IMG/VR virus record: IMGVR_UViG_3300044295_000252 | Location: 66,682-130,681 of that record | Direction: 5' to 3' (one strand) | Origin: a virus | Taxonomy: Duplodnaviria; Heunggongvirae; Uroviricota; Caudoviricetes | Length of the DNA: 64,000 bases | Part shown: positions 20,426-28,799 of the stretch, in pieces | Layout of the letters: each line of letters opens with the position of its first letter | Numbering within the stretch: position 1 is the stretch's first letter | Notes under the pieces: model-generated | Told to the model about the DNA's origin: nothing | Database searches by the model: none | What the model saw: the letters and a program-made list of their open reading frames with translations, nothing else | Program-made: the position numbers and the translations under genes

Positions 20426-20625
20426 CGCAATAGATAGTAAGTATAATCTTCTGCATTTAATGATCCTGTGACCGCTACGTGATTTCTATAATCATGCATT
20501 TGAAAGCATACATGAATTTTAGGTTCTCCTATCACATGCTGCATAACCCAAGTACCCTTTTCAGTTTGTTGCCATTCTGATATGGGAAATGCAGCATAGA
20601 CATAAGGATCCTCCACATCGCCCAT
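20407..20625 (-). CDS. hypothetical small protein
   Basis: Track ORF 20407..20706 overlaps thyX by 43 nt. Likely starts at internal Met (MGDVED). Confidence 0.35.
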   Translation of the reverse strand: MGDVEDPYVYAAFPISEWQQTEKGTWVMQHVIGEPKIHVCFQMHDYRNHVAVTGSLNAEDYTYYLLRWGTDT

Positions 20626-20663
20626 GGTAAATTTGTGTAAAACTATATTATCAACCTGTTGAA

Positions 20664-21332
20664 CTAAATGGTCAGCGGAAATATGCCAGCTATAACTTGA
20701 GCACATGCTTTAGCAATCTCCTGATGTTCCTTTTGCGTCCCATTAGCCTGTCGTAATTCAATATAGTGAATAAATGAGCGCAGTGTACCACTCATATACA
20801 TGCGTGATACCGTTAGACCTTCTGGCAATACTGCACGAGCTTGTTCCTTTGCAATACCTTGACTGATTGCCCAAGCATAGGTTTCACGTGCCTTAGCTAT
20901 CATGTCATGTTGTAGATCCTGCCATTTATCTGCTATTGTTTGAGCTTGTGCATCCGACAAATCCATATCAATACTATTTTGTCTATTTTTATTGTCTTGT
21001 AAACGTGCTTCACGTGTGACAAAATCCAGATCTCGTGTGGGATCTGCATAGCGTTGGCTAAACTCCTGGAAGCTGAAACTACGATGGCGCAATATTTGAC
21101 GTGCGATATCACGAGTTGTTTCTATTTCCACACATGCACTGACCATTTCCAGTGGTGACCAGTGTTTATTTTTGATCAGATAACGAATTAGTCGTTCGCT
21201 GGTTTCAGTGTTGAACTGGTTACTGGGGTTACTAACTCGCGCACAATATGCTACTAGATCCATAGCATCTAGTATGTTTTGATCACGGAATTCGGGGGTG
21301 GGTTGGCTGTAGCTTACTAGCTTTACTTTCAT
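20664..21332 (-). CDS. thyX: Flavin-dependent thymidylate synthase ThyX
   Basis: RHRSFSFQEFSQRY = ThyX signature (RHRxxSxxxxSxRY). 222 aa. Confidence 0.9.
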   Translation of the reverse strand: MKVKLVSYSQPTPEFRDQNILDAMDLVAYCARVSNPSNQFNTETSERLIRYLIKNKHWSPLEMVSACVEIETTRDIARQILRHRSFSFQEFSQRYADPTRDLDFVTREARLQDNKNRQNSIDMDLSDAQAQTIADKWQDLQHDMIAKARETYAWAISQGIAKEQARAVLPEGLTVSRMYMSGTLRSFIHYIELRQANGTQKEHQEIAKACAQVIAGIFPLTI

Positions 21333-21382
21333 AATAGTCTCCTTGGTAATATTATAGACTTTTATGTCTACAAGATCAACTT

Positions 21383-21718
21383 TTAAGGAACCTTTTTGAG
21401 CAAACGTTTTGTGGTTGGGCTCACAGTAGCTATAATCTTTTCTTTAAGTACATGGAAGTCAACGTCACTGATAACATTATTGAGACTAGTTAATCTATCA
21501 TTTAATCTAGTTTCTATTTGTTCAGGATTCATACCTTCTTCTAGCATTTCCTGAATGTTTACAGTGACTTGACTGCCATCTACAAAATTAATAATTACTG
21601 TTTCCAGTAGTTCTACTGGAATTTCTTTTTTATCAACTTCTTTAAGAATGTTGTCCCAGTCCGCAAGTACGATTGCATCAAGCCGTAGTGATCGTTTTTT
21701 CTTCTTGCGAGCTGGCAT
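21383..21718 (-). CDS. hypothetical protein
   Basis: 111-aa ORF in the - strand operon. Confidence 0.45.
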   Translation of the reverse strand: MPARKKKKRSLRLDAIVLADWDNILKEVDKKEIPVELLETVIINFVDGSQVTVNIQEMLEEGMNPEQIETRLNDRLTSLNNVISDVDFHVLKEKIIATVSPTTKRLLKKVP

Positions 21719-22388
21719 TTGACTTTGACATTTCTTGGGCTTCTTTTTCTAAACGACGAGCTTCTTCGGTCAACATCTTTGCTTCTGCTCGCATTTTCTT
21801 GGCCTGTTCTATACGTTGTTTCGCCAACTGCGTGTTGTCTAAAACATCGGTTGCTGCGGTATTGGGTTCTGGCTTAATGGTTGCTGTTTTAGCCTGTGGC
21901 TTGGTTTTATCACGCATGCCCATTTGAGAATCTAATTCTGCCAACTTCTTAACTGCTTCTTCACCTTCATTCATTTTCTTTAGAAGATTGTTTAATTCGT
22001 CCAGTCGCACATTGCTAGTGGGAGTAGGCGTAATAATAACTTGGTTTGTGGGAACCTTTTTAATCCAGCCTTCTGAATGCAGTGTAGTAAGCATATTGCG
22101 TCCATCCTTCATAAGGCTGCGATGTAGAACTTCATTTAGTTCTTTAGCAGATTGCCCCTGAGGACTTTCTAATACCATTATAAGATCGTCATGATATTGA
22201 CGCGGTAATGTTTCTGTATATGTGACTAGACACATATCGTCCACACCGGGAATAGTGGTCCATAACACAATAACCTTCTTGCTGTTATGTTTACCTACAT
22301 GTTTAACGAAGTTCATAAATTTTCCTTTATTAATTGGTTTCAGCTGGTGCTTCTGGCTGAGCAGCGGTCTCGGGTTCGTTTTTGGCAC
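21678..22388 (-). CDS. hypothetical protein with Lys/Glu-rich coiled-coil C-terminus
   Basis: 236 aa. C-terminal 80 aa strongly charged (AKQRIEQAKKMRAEAKMLTEEARRLEKEAQEM). Confidence 0.5.
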   Translation of the reverse strand: MPKTNPRPLLSQKHQLKPINKGKFMNFVKHVGKHNSKKVIVLWTTIPGVDDMCLVTYTETLPRQYHDDLIMVLESPQGQSAKELNEVLHRSLMKDGRNMLTTLHSEGWIKKVPTNQVIITPTPTSNVRLDELNNLLKKMNEGEEAVKKLAELDSQMGMRDKTKPQAKTATIKPEPNTAATDVLDNTQLAKQRIEQAKKMRAEAKMLTEEARRLEKEAQEMSKSNASSQEEKTITTA

Positions 22389-22596
22389 CGCTTTGTTTTA
22401 AGAATGCCATGGTTTTGTCATATAAAGCACCTACTCCAGCTAGTTCTTCCGCTCTGAAAGCACCACGCTGAGTACATACTTCTACGATTTGGCAGAACGC
22501 CTTGAGATCTGCAAGATTGAGACTTACAGCGTCTACTTCCGTAGTTGAAGTAGACGTAACAGTATTATTAGTTTGATCCATGTTTTTTCCTTTCAC
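22330..22596 (-). CDS. hypothetical protein
   Basis: 88-aa ORF. Confidence 0.4.
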   Translation of the reverse strand: MKGKNMDQTNNTVTSTSTTEVDAVSLNLADLKAFCQIVEVCTQRGAFRAEELAGVGALYDKTMAFLKQSGAKNEPETAAQPEAPAETN

Positions 22597-22630
22597 ATTT
22601 ATTTAATGTGATTGGCTGGATCAAAAATTT

Positions 22631-22909
22631 TTATTTTGAAAAGGTACCTAAACTCAAACCAAATAGTGTAGCTTCTTCGGCTAGTTCAAATCCTATGGTA
22701 AAACGATTACTGGTAATTGAACCTATCAAATCGCTGGCCGCAATATTTCTTTTACCACAATAGAATCTACCCTGTAGATTTTCATATATCCAATCAACAA
22801 CAGAGTCTATGTGGTCAGAGTTCAACTGAATAGTGACAAAATAAGGAGGGCAGTAAGCCACCCTCCTTAAATTGTAGGCGTTCAGCGGATTGATGTTGCT
22901 GTCTAACAT
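22631..22909 (-). CDS. hypothetical protein
   Basis: 92-aa ORF. Single-nucleotide stop/start overlap with the upstream gene. Confidence 0.45.
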   Translation of the reverse strand: MLDSNINPLNAYNLRRVAYCPPYFVTIQLNSDHIDSVVDWIYENLQGRFYCGKRNIAASDLIGSITSNRFTIGFELAEEATLFGLSLGTFSK

Positions 22910-24198
22910 TACCCTTTGAGATCGGCCGCTTGGTCGTAATGCGCAGTTTGTCCAAACGGTGCAACAATCTTGTCATTGCCATGAACGACAAAGATGGTGT
23001 CACAATAATCAGGATCTCCCCAGGAACCGCAGGGATAGCCATCAGTGAAAAAAACTAGTTTCTTGGGCTCAATGCCTTGCTCTTTCAAGTGATCCCAAAC
23101 ACACTCAAACATCGTGCCACCGCCACCATGCGGCTGATACGTGCCAATATCTTCCCCACTATCGCTGGTAAAGACCTGCGGGTTATACACAGTCGTATCA
23201 AAACTGAGAACATGCAAACGGTATTCTTCAAACTGATCCGTGATGCCTTTGATCTCAGTCAAAAAGTCACGAGCCTGTTCGCTACTAATACTACCGCTCA
23301 TGTCAATTGCAACACAGATGTCAATTTGCTCACCCGGCTTCATACCCGGCAACACTGCATCCATGTGCCAGCCCCTGCGGCTGGGACGCGCCCAGGTGAA
23401 GTCACTCTTAAGTGTAGCTTGGATCTGTTGACGAATAAGCTCACGCCAGTTCATCTTAGGATTAGTCATAGAGTCAATCATGCGTTTGACTCCTGACGGC
23501 AAGTTACCAGCACCCACAGCCTGCGCAGCCTGCAACACCGCAGCCTTCATTTCGTCCTTGATCTGCTGACGTTCTTCGGCACTAAGTTTGGGACGACCCT
23601 TGCCTTTCTTATCACCGTTGCCTTCGCTGTCACCTGAACCTTCGCCATCATCGTCATCATCCAAGTGCTCATCCAGTATCTGATCCATGAGCTGATCCAT
23701 ATCAATCTTCTCAGCATTTTCGTAGAGCAGATCATAAACTTCTTCCCAGCTCATGCCATCATATTTTGCATCATACAAAATAGGCACTTTGGTGATACGT
23801 TCGCCTACCCGCTGTTTAATCAGGTCTGCGTTAACGACATAATCCTGTGCCGCATTGCTAAGACGCGGATCGTGACGTTCGGTGCGACGACCCAAGTGGT
23901 CATAAACACAATGCAGGAGCTCATGCCCAAACAAGAATTCTACTTCTTTTTGGCTCAGCATGTTGACGAACTCAGTATTGTAATAGAAATTACGTCCATC
24001 TGTAGCCGCAGTAGGACACCATTCGTCAGCATTGACCAAAATTAAACGAGTAGCCAAGTTACCATAAAACGGTGACTTGAGCAACAGTGCGATACGCGCA
24101 GTGATCAGCTTCTCAACGACCTTAGCATCCAGTTTAGGATCTGTAGGTTTTACGCGAGCTTGCCGCGCTTGTTTAGTGGTAGTAACGCCTTGTGCCAT
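22909..24198 (-). CDS. VWA-domain protein with N-terminal HExxH metallopeptidase-like domain (MoxR partner, DUF2201-like)
   Basis: FGHELLHCVYDH zinc-binding motif. Acidic linker (DDDDGEGSGDSEGNGD). C-terminal VWA with DMSGSIS MIDAS motif. Immediately downstream of the MoxR ATPase. Confidence 0.8.
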   Translation of the reverse strand: MAQGVTTTKQARQARVKPTDPKLDAKVVEKLITARIALLLKSPFYGNLATRLILVNADEWCPTAATDGRNFYYNTEFVNMLSQKEVEFLFGHELLHCVYDHLGRRTERHDPRLSNAAQDYVVNADLIKQRVGERITKVPILYDAKYDGMSWEEVYDLLYENAEKIDMDQLMDQILDEHLDDDDDGEGSGDSEGNGDKKGKGRPKLSAEERQQIKDEMKAAVLQAAQAVGAGNLPSGVKRMIDSMTNPKMNWRELIRQQIQATLKSDFTWARPSRRGWHMDAVLPGMKPGEQIDICVAIDMSGSISSEQARDFLTEIKGITDQFEEYRLHVLSFDTTVYNPQVFTSDSGEDIGTYQPHGGGGTMFECVWDHLKEQGIEPKKLVFFTDGYPCGSWGDPDYCDTIFVVHGNDKIVAPFGQTAHYDQAADLKG

Positions 24199-24224
24199 GT
24201 GTCAGTCTCCTAGTTAATGTCGCT

Positions 24225-24253
24225 ATTATACGTTGGTTTGGACTCAAAGTCAA
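24225..24253 (-). promoter_or_regulatory. sigma70-type promoter (-35 TTGACT 24248-24253, 17-nt spacer, -10 TATAAT 24225-24230) + AGGAGA SD
   Basis: Reverse-complement reads TTGACTttgagtccaaaccaacgTATAATagcg. Member of the conserved promoter/5'UTR cassette family. Confidence 0.7.
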
Positions 24254-24300
24254 TTGAAACGTTGTCTGCAAAATCAAGCAATTATAAGTCATTGATTATT

Positions 24301-24340
24301 ACACAAAAAACACGGGGGAGTTTTTAGGCTCCCCCGCTGA
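24301..24340 (-). terminator. rho-independent terminator after the MoxR gene (GGGGGAG/CTCCCCC stem, then GUGUUUUUUGUGU)
   Basis: - strand transcript: gggggagccuaaaaacucccccguguuuuuugugu. Confidence 0.75.
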
Positions 24341-24367
24341 TAACGGAAAGTTGACTAGGACATCCCG

Positions 24368-25468
24368 TTAAACACTTGCCGCTGCTACGACGTAGCGGCC
24401 AAATCTCTTGTGAAACTCTGCAAAATTGCTCAGCTTGCCCGGAGTAATAGGCAGGTTATAGGTAGTGATTGCAGTGCGAGCACCCAGCACCACCAGCTCA
24501 GTGCTGAAGTTTGCCATCATATACTCAAAGAAATTATCCACCATTTTATGCCAAGCATCAAGCTTGCCATTAGCCTTGTCGTGCACATCTTTGAGCTCGT
24601 AGCACATGCTAATTGTCAGCGAATACATTGCGCTGATTTCTTTGATCTTGAGATCTTTAACCTTACCCTGCAGGATTTCCACCGGGTTAGGCAGTTGGCT
24701 GCTGATCTTGCGATGTGCCATGAACTTGCGAGCAAGACCTTCGCCTACTGCACCAGAGATCAGATTCATCAGCGTATCATTGTCCACGCTTTCGTCTGCA
24801 ACCAATTCGCTAACAAAACTCCAGCTTCGCGGAGTAGCGAATGAACGGCTGGAGCTCTTGGGATCAAAGTCAAACAGGTCCTGTTTAGCAAAGCCCAGGT
24901 AGCCGATAACGTCCTTGTGGATCGTGTTCAGGATTGCCCACTCTTCCCAGCTTTCGTGATCCACGCGCATTTCCAAGTGGACGAAACGGTTAGCCAAGGG
25001 GCTGGGCATGCGATACACCACACCCTTGTCGCTGTCACGATTGCCAGCAGCAACGATCACCACATTGTCAGGCAAAACATACTTGCCAACGCGACGATTA
25101 AGCACCAGCTGATAACCTGCTGCCTGAATCGCAGGCGCAGCGGAATTCATTTCGTCCAGGAACAGAACGATAATGGGATACTGCGACGCAAGTTCAGCGT
25201 CCGGCAGTTCAATGGGCGGAGCCCAGTCCATAACGCCTTTGTCTTTGTTGAAGAAGGGGATACCACGCAAGTCAGTAGGCTCCATAGTAGCCATGCGCAG
25301 GTCAATCATGTGACCGCCCATCTCGCGAGTAATTTCAGCGATCATATCGCTCTTGCCAATTCCGGGCGGACCCCAGAGGAAAACCGGGCGTTTGGATTTG
25401 AAGCAGCGAATCAGTGCCCGCTTGGCAGCGCGGCTGGTAACAGTAAGATTTTGTGAAGCAGTGCTCAT
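24368..25468 (-). CDS. MoxR-family AAA+ ATPase
   Basis: Walker A LWGPPGIGKS and Walker B VLFLDEMN. Typical MoxR length (366 aa). Confidence 0.85.
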   Translation of the reverse strand: MSTASQNLTVTSRAAKRALIRCFKSKRPVFLWGPPGIGKSDMIAEITREMGGHMIDLRMATMEPTDLRGIPFFNKDKGVMDWAPPIELPDAELASQYPIIVLFLDEMNSAAPAIQAAGYQLVLNRRVGKYVLPDNVVIVAAGNRDSDKGVVYRMPSPLANRFVHLEMRVDHESWEEWAILNTIHKDVIGYLGFAKQDLFDFDPKSSSRSFATPRSWSFVSELVADESVDNDTLMNLISGAVGEGLARKFMAHRKISSQLPNPVEILQGKVKDLKIKEISAMYSLTISMCYELKDVHDKANGKLDAWHKMVDNFFEYMMANFSTELVVLGARTAITTYNLPITPGKLSNFAEFHKRFGRYVVAAASV

Positions 25469-25553
25469 TTATTTCTCCTAGTAAGAGTTAGTTAACGTAT
25501 TACAGAAACGATTATATGCTAGTTTGCGCAGAATGTCAACCGCTTTTTTCAAA

Positions 25554-25709
25554 TTATTGAACAGTGGCGGGCATGGCATGCGTTGCGCGACGATCCATGC
25601 TAGTGAAAATTTCCAAATCTTCAGCACTAAGCACAAAAGCTTTGGTGCTTTGATCCATGAGCTCCTGCAGAGCCTCCATGAGTTCTTCCGGGAAAGCATT
25701 AGGATCCAT
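25554..25709 (-). CDS. small acidic protein (51 aa), not in the ORF track
   Basis: MDPNAFPEELMEALQELMDQSTKAFVLSAEDLEIFTSMDRRATHAMPATVQ. ATG lies 1 nt after the TAA of the upstream gene (translational coupling). Competes with overlapping track ORFs 25478..25699(-) and 25524..25733(+). Confidence 0.35.
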   Translation of the reverse strand: MDPNAFPEELMEALQELMDQSTKAFVLSAEDLEIFTSMDRRATHAMPATVQ

Positions 25710-25710
25710 G

Positions 25711-25986
25711 TTATACACGCTCCAGCATGCTAGCAGACACGCGCCAACGCCCAGTGCCCGTGTTCACGATCACGTTCTTGCGACCCACCTTTTCCACACG
25801 ACCCTGGATCACATTACCACTGCGGCTGTTGGTGAACTTAACCTGCGTACCAATTACCATGCTGCCTACGTTACGGCGCGTGATTTGTGCTCGCACGAAT
25901 TGCACGACTTGGCTAATAGTGTTGAGCTCATCGTTAGTAAAGTTACCTGCCAGGATTGCACTGCGAACATCATGAACAGTTTTCAT
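25711..25986 (-). CDS. hypothetical protein (91 aa)
   Basis: Directly downstream of a consensus promoter cassette with a CTCCTT (AAGGAG) SD. Confidence 0.55.
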   Translation of the reverse strand: MKTVHDVRSAILAGNFTNDELNTISQVVQFVRAQITRRNVGSMVIGTQVKFTNSRSGNVIQGRVEKVGRKNVIVNTGTGRWRVSASMLERV

Positions 25987-26016
25987 TTACGGCTCCTTGT
26001 TGTTAACTATACCACT

Positions 26017-26044
26017 ATTATACAGTTATTGATCAAAATGTCAA
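26017..26044 (-). promoter_or_regulatory. sigma70-type promoter cassette (-35 TTGACA 26039-26044, 16-nt spacer, -10 TATAAT 26017-26022)
   Basis: Reverse-complement reads TTGACAttttgatcaataactgTATAATagtggtatagttaacaacaaggagcc ATG. Confidence 0.75.
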
Positions 26045-26064
26045 CCAAAATGAAATCTTAAAAT

Positions 26065-26388
26065 TCAAGCACTTACCGTCACTGCATCCAGTGGCGGCAT
26101 ATAATGCGGTTGCTCTGCAGCCATGAGTTGTTCTAAAGCATTGAAATCACTGTGTTTATCGCGCACCAGGGCCAACACGCTGTCCTGATGCAGAACCGTG
26201 CAGTGCATGCCTAAAAGCGAATCGTGAGCTATTTGGAACGGGCTAGCAGACACCGCAGGATCCCAATCGCTGAATGCAGGGCCGCGAAACTCAACCCAGC
26301 TGCGCTCGCCAGAGTACCAAGCCTGTATCATACCCGCTGCACCGCCACGCGGCATGTAAAGAAGTATGGTGTTGCGATCCAGTTTCAT
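26065..26388 (-). CDS. hypothetical protein (107 aa)
   Basis: Starts exactly 7 nt downstream of a -10 box (leaderless configuration). Confidence 0.5.
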   Translation of the reverse strand: MKLDRNTILLYMPRGGAAGMIQAWYSGERSWVEFRGPAFSDWDPAVSASPFQIAHDSLLGMHCTVLHQDSVLALVRDKHSDFNALEQLMAAEQPHYMPPLDAVTVSA

Positions 26389-26394
26389 ACCGCT

Positions 26395-26423
26395 ATTATA
26401 CGACTTGGTTCACCAAATGTCAA
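26395..26423 (-). promoter_or_regulatory. sigma70-type promoter (-35 TTGACA 26418-26423, 17-nt spacer, -10 TATAAT 26395-26400), leaderless relative to ATG 26388
   Basis: Reverse-complement reads TTGACAtttggtgaaccaagtcgTATAATagcggt ATG. No SD. The predicted +1 coincides with the A of ATG. Confidence 0.65.
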
Positions 26424-26444
26424 TATCTATCCATGTAAGGTTTG

Positions 26445-26675
26445 TCATGACCATTTCAGCACAAACCAATCTCTGTCAGCGGCATCACGGAACCAAAAGT
26501 GGTGATCGTCCCACCACCAACGCATACGTAGTCCCCACCTACCGGGGCCAAATGAATCCTGACACCACTGCACCATTGCGGCTTTGTTTCCCTCACCATA
26601 CGCGAATGGCGTGACGAGGAAATAGGGTATGCCCCAGATTTCGCCAGTGTTGTTTATTAGTTCGGCACGTGGCAT
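26445..26675 (-). CDS. FxL(R/K)W small-protein family, member A1
   Basis: C-terminus ...FRDAADRDWFVLKWS. Start probably at internal Met (track ORF extends to 26810, overlapping A2). Confidence 0.5.
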   Translation of the reverse strand: MPRAELINNTGEIWGIPYFLVTPFAYGEGNKAAMVQWCQDSFGPGRWGLRMRWWWDDHHFWFRDAADRDWFVLKWS

Positions 26676-26731
26676 ATAGGGTGTAAAAATGTATGATTGC
26701 CCTGAGGTAATGGTGCCGCCATATTTTGCCG

Positions 26732-26896
26732 TTAGTTTTGCCAACGCAGCAAGTACCAAGTATAATGTGATTCCTCGCGGAAGTAAAGATGGCCGCGATG
26801 ACGCCACCATGTACCACCTTTAACCGGTAGTCCAAATGCTGTGCGACACCATTGCATCCTAGCCCAGGCCTCGGGCATTTTAGCTTTGTAAACCAT
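26732..26896 (-). CDS. FxL(R/K)W small-protein family, member A2
   Basis: C-terminus ...YFREESHYTWYLLRWQN. The track N-terminus MVCVEVAV is a frame-shadow of the upstream LRW codons; real start is at MVYKAK. Confidence 0.55.
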   Translation of the reverse strand: MVYKAKMPEAWARMQWCRTAFGLPVKGGTWWRHRGHLYFREESHYTWYLLRWQN

Positions 26897-27144
26897 CACC
26901 GCCACCTCAACACAAACCACTCAAGATCTTCTTTGCGACTGAACGCTATTTCACCAAACCGAATATTGTCGGTCCAGCGAGTCTCAGCAGTCCAGGGCCG
27001 CCAACCCGGTGCACCAAATGTATGGTAGCACCATTCACCAATCGCGTCAAGATCGGCATCCTTTAGATCCTTTAGGCCAAAGGCGGCCACATAACTCCTG
27101 GTGCGCCCTGGTATTATGGGTTCGGTATAGGTATGGATAAACAT
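26896..27144 (-). CDS. FxL(R/K)W small-protein family, member A3
   Basis: C-terminus ...FSRKEDLEWFVLRWR. Start at MFIHTY. Confidence 0.55.
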   Translation of the reverse strand: MFIHTYTEPIIPGRTRSYVAAFGLKDLKDADLDAIGEWCYHTFGAPGWRPWTAETRWTDNIRFGEIAFSRKEDLEWFVLRWR

Positions 27145-27359
27145 CACATCCACTTCAGCGCAAACCAACTGGCATCAGCAGCCAGTTCAAAGTACCAGAG
27201 ATTCCCGGCCCCGTCCCAATAAAATCTACCAGGACTCTCCTGCCATTGGCACCAATGTTTGATTTCCGGTGCGCGCCAGCGTTGTCGCGTATGTTTGGGT
27301 AGATCCACCACATGCCATGTGGCCAGGCGAGCTCGTTTGCTTTTGTTCCAGTGTTTCAT
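27144..27359 (-). CDS. FxL(R/K)W small-protein family, member A4
   Basis: C-terminus ...FELAADASWFALKWM. Confidence 0.55.
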   Translation of the reverse strand: MKHWNKSKRARLATWHVVDLPKHTRQRWRAPEIKHWCQWQESPGRFYWDGAGNLWYFELAADASWFALKWM

Positions 27360-27362
27360 GGT

Positions 27363-27575
27363 TCACATCCACCTCAGTGCAAACAGTGTAGCTAATTTTT
27401 CATCAGTAATATCGAACAAATATCCTGCATAGTCGTTGGGGTCTACGTAGTATCGGCAGGCCCAACCCTTCCCGGCCATTCCTATCCGGCTACCGGTATT
27501 ATTTATTGGCCCAACGTATTTTTCAAGCCATTCTACCATGCCTTCAATATCTTCATTTTGCGTATGTATTTTCAC
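27363..27575 (-). CDS. FxL(R/K)W small-protein family, member A5 (paralogue of B6)
   Basis: C-terminus ...DITDEKLATLFALRWM. Probable GTG start in a GTGA overlap with the upstream stop. Shares ..TQNED..GMVEWL..Y.GP.. with 42445..42666. Confidence 0.55.
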   Translation of the reverse strand: MKIHTQNEDIEGMVEWLEKYVGPINNTGSRIGMAGKGWACRYYVDPNDYAGYLFDITDEKLATLFALRWM

Positions 27576-27754
27576 ACCCACCTCAGAACAAACCAATCGT
27601 GATTGGATTTGACTTGGAACACATATCCACCAGACCCCATTTGCAGCATAAAGTATTCGACATCAGTTTGCTTCATCCACTGCTCAACTTCGACAAAATC
27701 TTGGGAGTTTGGACAATGATAGATTCCCGGAAATCGTGTACGTTTAACTTTCAT
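27572..27754 (-). CDS. FxL(R/K)W small-protein family, member A6
   Basis: C-terminus ...KSNHDWFVLRWV. ATGA overlap with the upstream gene. Confidence 0.55.
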   Translation of the reverse strand: MKVKRTRFPGIYHCPNSQDFVEVEQWMKQTDVEYFMLQMGSGGYVFQVKSNHDWFVLRWV

Positions 27755-27951
27755 AGCCATTTCAATATAAACATAGTAGCGTGGGCGCTATCCTTAAAAT
27801 AAAAATCCAGTGTTCCACGACGCTCAACTATGTTCCATTGATTATATAACAAACCTACATTTTCGGTCAACCATCCACGTATTTCATAATACTGCTGGAT
27901 ATCTGGAAAATTGATTCGGTGCGGCCAAATATCTTTTTTCAAACGTCTCAT
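27751..27951 (-). CDS. FxL(R/K)W small-protein family, member A7
   Basis: C-terminus ...FKDSAHATMFILKWL. ATGA overlap. Confidence 0.55.
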   Translation of the reverse strand: MRRLKKDIWPHRINFPDIQQYYEIRGWLTENVGLLYNQWNIVERRGTLDFYFKDSAHATMFILKWL

Positions 27952-28379
27952 GACCATCTCAGGGCAAAGAGCAAGTAATCCTGCTGATCCTTGAAAGCAA
28001 AAAACACATAGTCACCGCCACCCATCTCATCCATATGCCAACGTTGACTCCACTGATTCCATGATACTCTGTGTGATTCTGATCTGAATTTTCCCTGACA
28101 GTTTGCCCGGCACCAGTCATCAATTTCGTCGGCTCCGTACCTGACTCCACCGGGACCATAATCACTAATCAGACGGTAAGCATAGTGGTGCTGGGATTCG
28201 ATGCAGTGAACGTAGGCATAGCCTTGATACCAATTGGTGATGTCACTGGCGCGGCGTACGATGTCGGGATCATACCAACGATGATACTGCGCCCAGTTTT
28301 CGCAGTGGTGTCGTCTAAGGAAACGCTGGTCCCGCCATTCTCGATACCGTTGTCGTATCAGTTTGATGGGATTTTTCAT
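27948..28379 (-). CDS. FxL(R/K)W small-protein family, member A8 (larger, 143 aa)
   Basis: C-terminus ...FKDQQDYLLFALRWS. Start at MKNPIKL. Trp/Cys-rich N-terminal half. Confidence 0.55.
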   Translation of the reverse strand: MKNPIKLIRQRYREWRDQRFLRRHHCENWAQYHRWYDPDIVRRASDITNWYQGYAYVHCIESQHHYAYRLISDYGPGGVRYGADEIDDWCRANCQGKFRSESHRVSWNQWSQRWHMDEMGGGDYVFFAFKDQQDYLLFALRWS

Positions 28380-28570
28380 AGCCACCTCAACACAAACCAC
28401 TCAGCATCTTCACTGCGTTCAAATTTCACCGCATGTTGGAAATTGTGGATATAAAATTCCCCACCATCATGCTGGCAAAGCCATGTATATTGTTCGTCGG
28501 TCAATGATTCATTCAAACGAATATTGATCCAATGCAAACTCGGAGACGCATAGTCTCGATGATGTTTCAT
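28376..28570 (-). CDS. FxL(R/K)W small-protein family, member A9
   Basis: C-terminus ...FERSEDAEWFVLRWL. ATGA overlap. Confidence 0.55.
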   Translation of the reverse strand: MKHHRDYASPSLHWINIRLNESLTDEQYTWLCQHDGGEFYIHNFQHAVKFERSEDAEWFVLRWL

Positions 28571-28794
28571 GACCACCTCAGTGCAAACAACATGGCATCA
28601 GCGTCCGAGCGGAAAAATCCCGTGAGTTTACGGCCAACATACAGACGAATATCATATTCACCCTGGAGATTTTTCTGGCACCACGCATCATAGATGTTCT
28701 GCCCAGCTAGCCAACTAAGAGGCGCAGGAACCGTCACAGTGTGAAATCCCTGCGCCAACAGTTTCTCCCGGTTCTCAAATACGCGGATGCCCAT
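28567..28794 (-). CDS. FxL(R/K)W small-protein family, member A10
   Basis: C-terminus ...FRSDADAMLFALRWS. Start probably at MGIRVF, 5 nt after the stop of the upstream gene. Confidence 0.5.
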   Translation of the reverse strand: MGIRVFENREKLLAQGFHTVTVPAPLSWLAGQNIYDAWCQKNLQGEYDIRLYVGRKLTGFFRSDADAMLFALRWS

Positions 28795-28799
28795 GCTGT

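Noticed and set aside
23077-25975. + strand ORFs 23077..23496, 23665..24045, 24410..24844, 24917..25456 and 25727..25975
   Set aside because: All lie antisense within the well-supported VWA, MoxR and neighbouring - strand genes. They are shadow ORFs of the GC-richer coding sequence and lack an SD or promoter.
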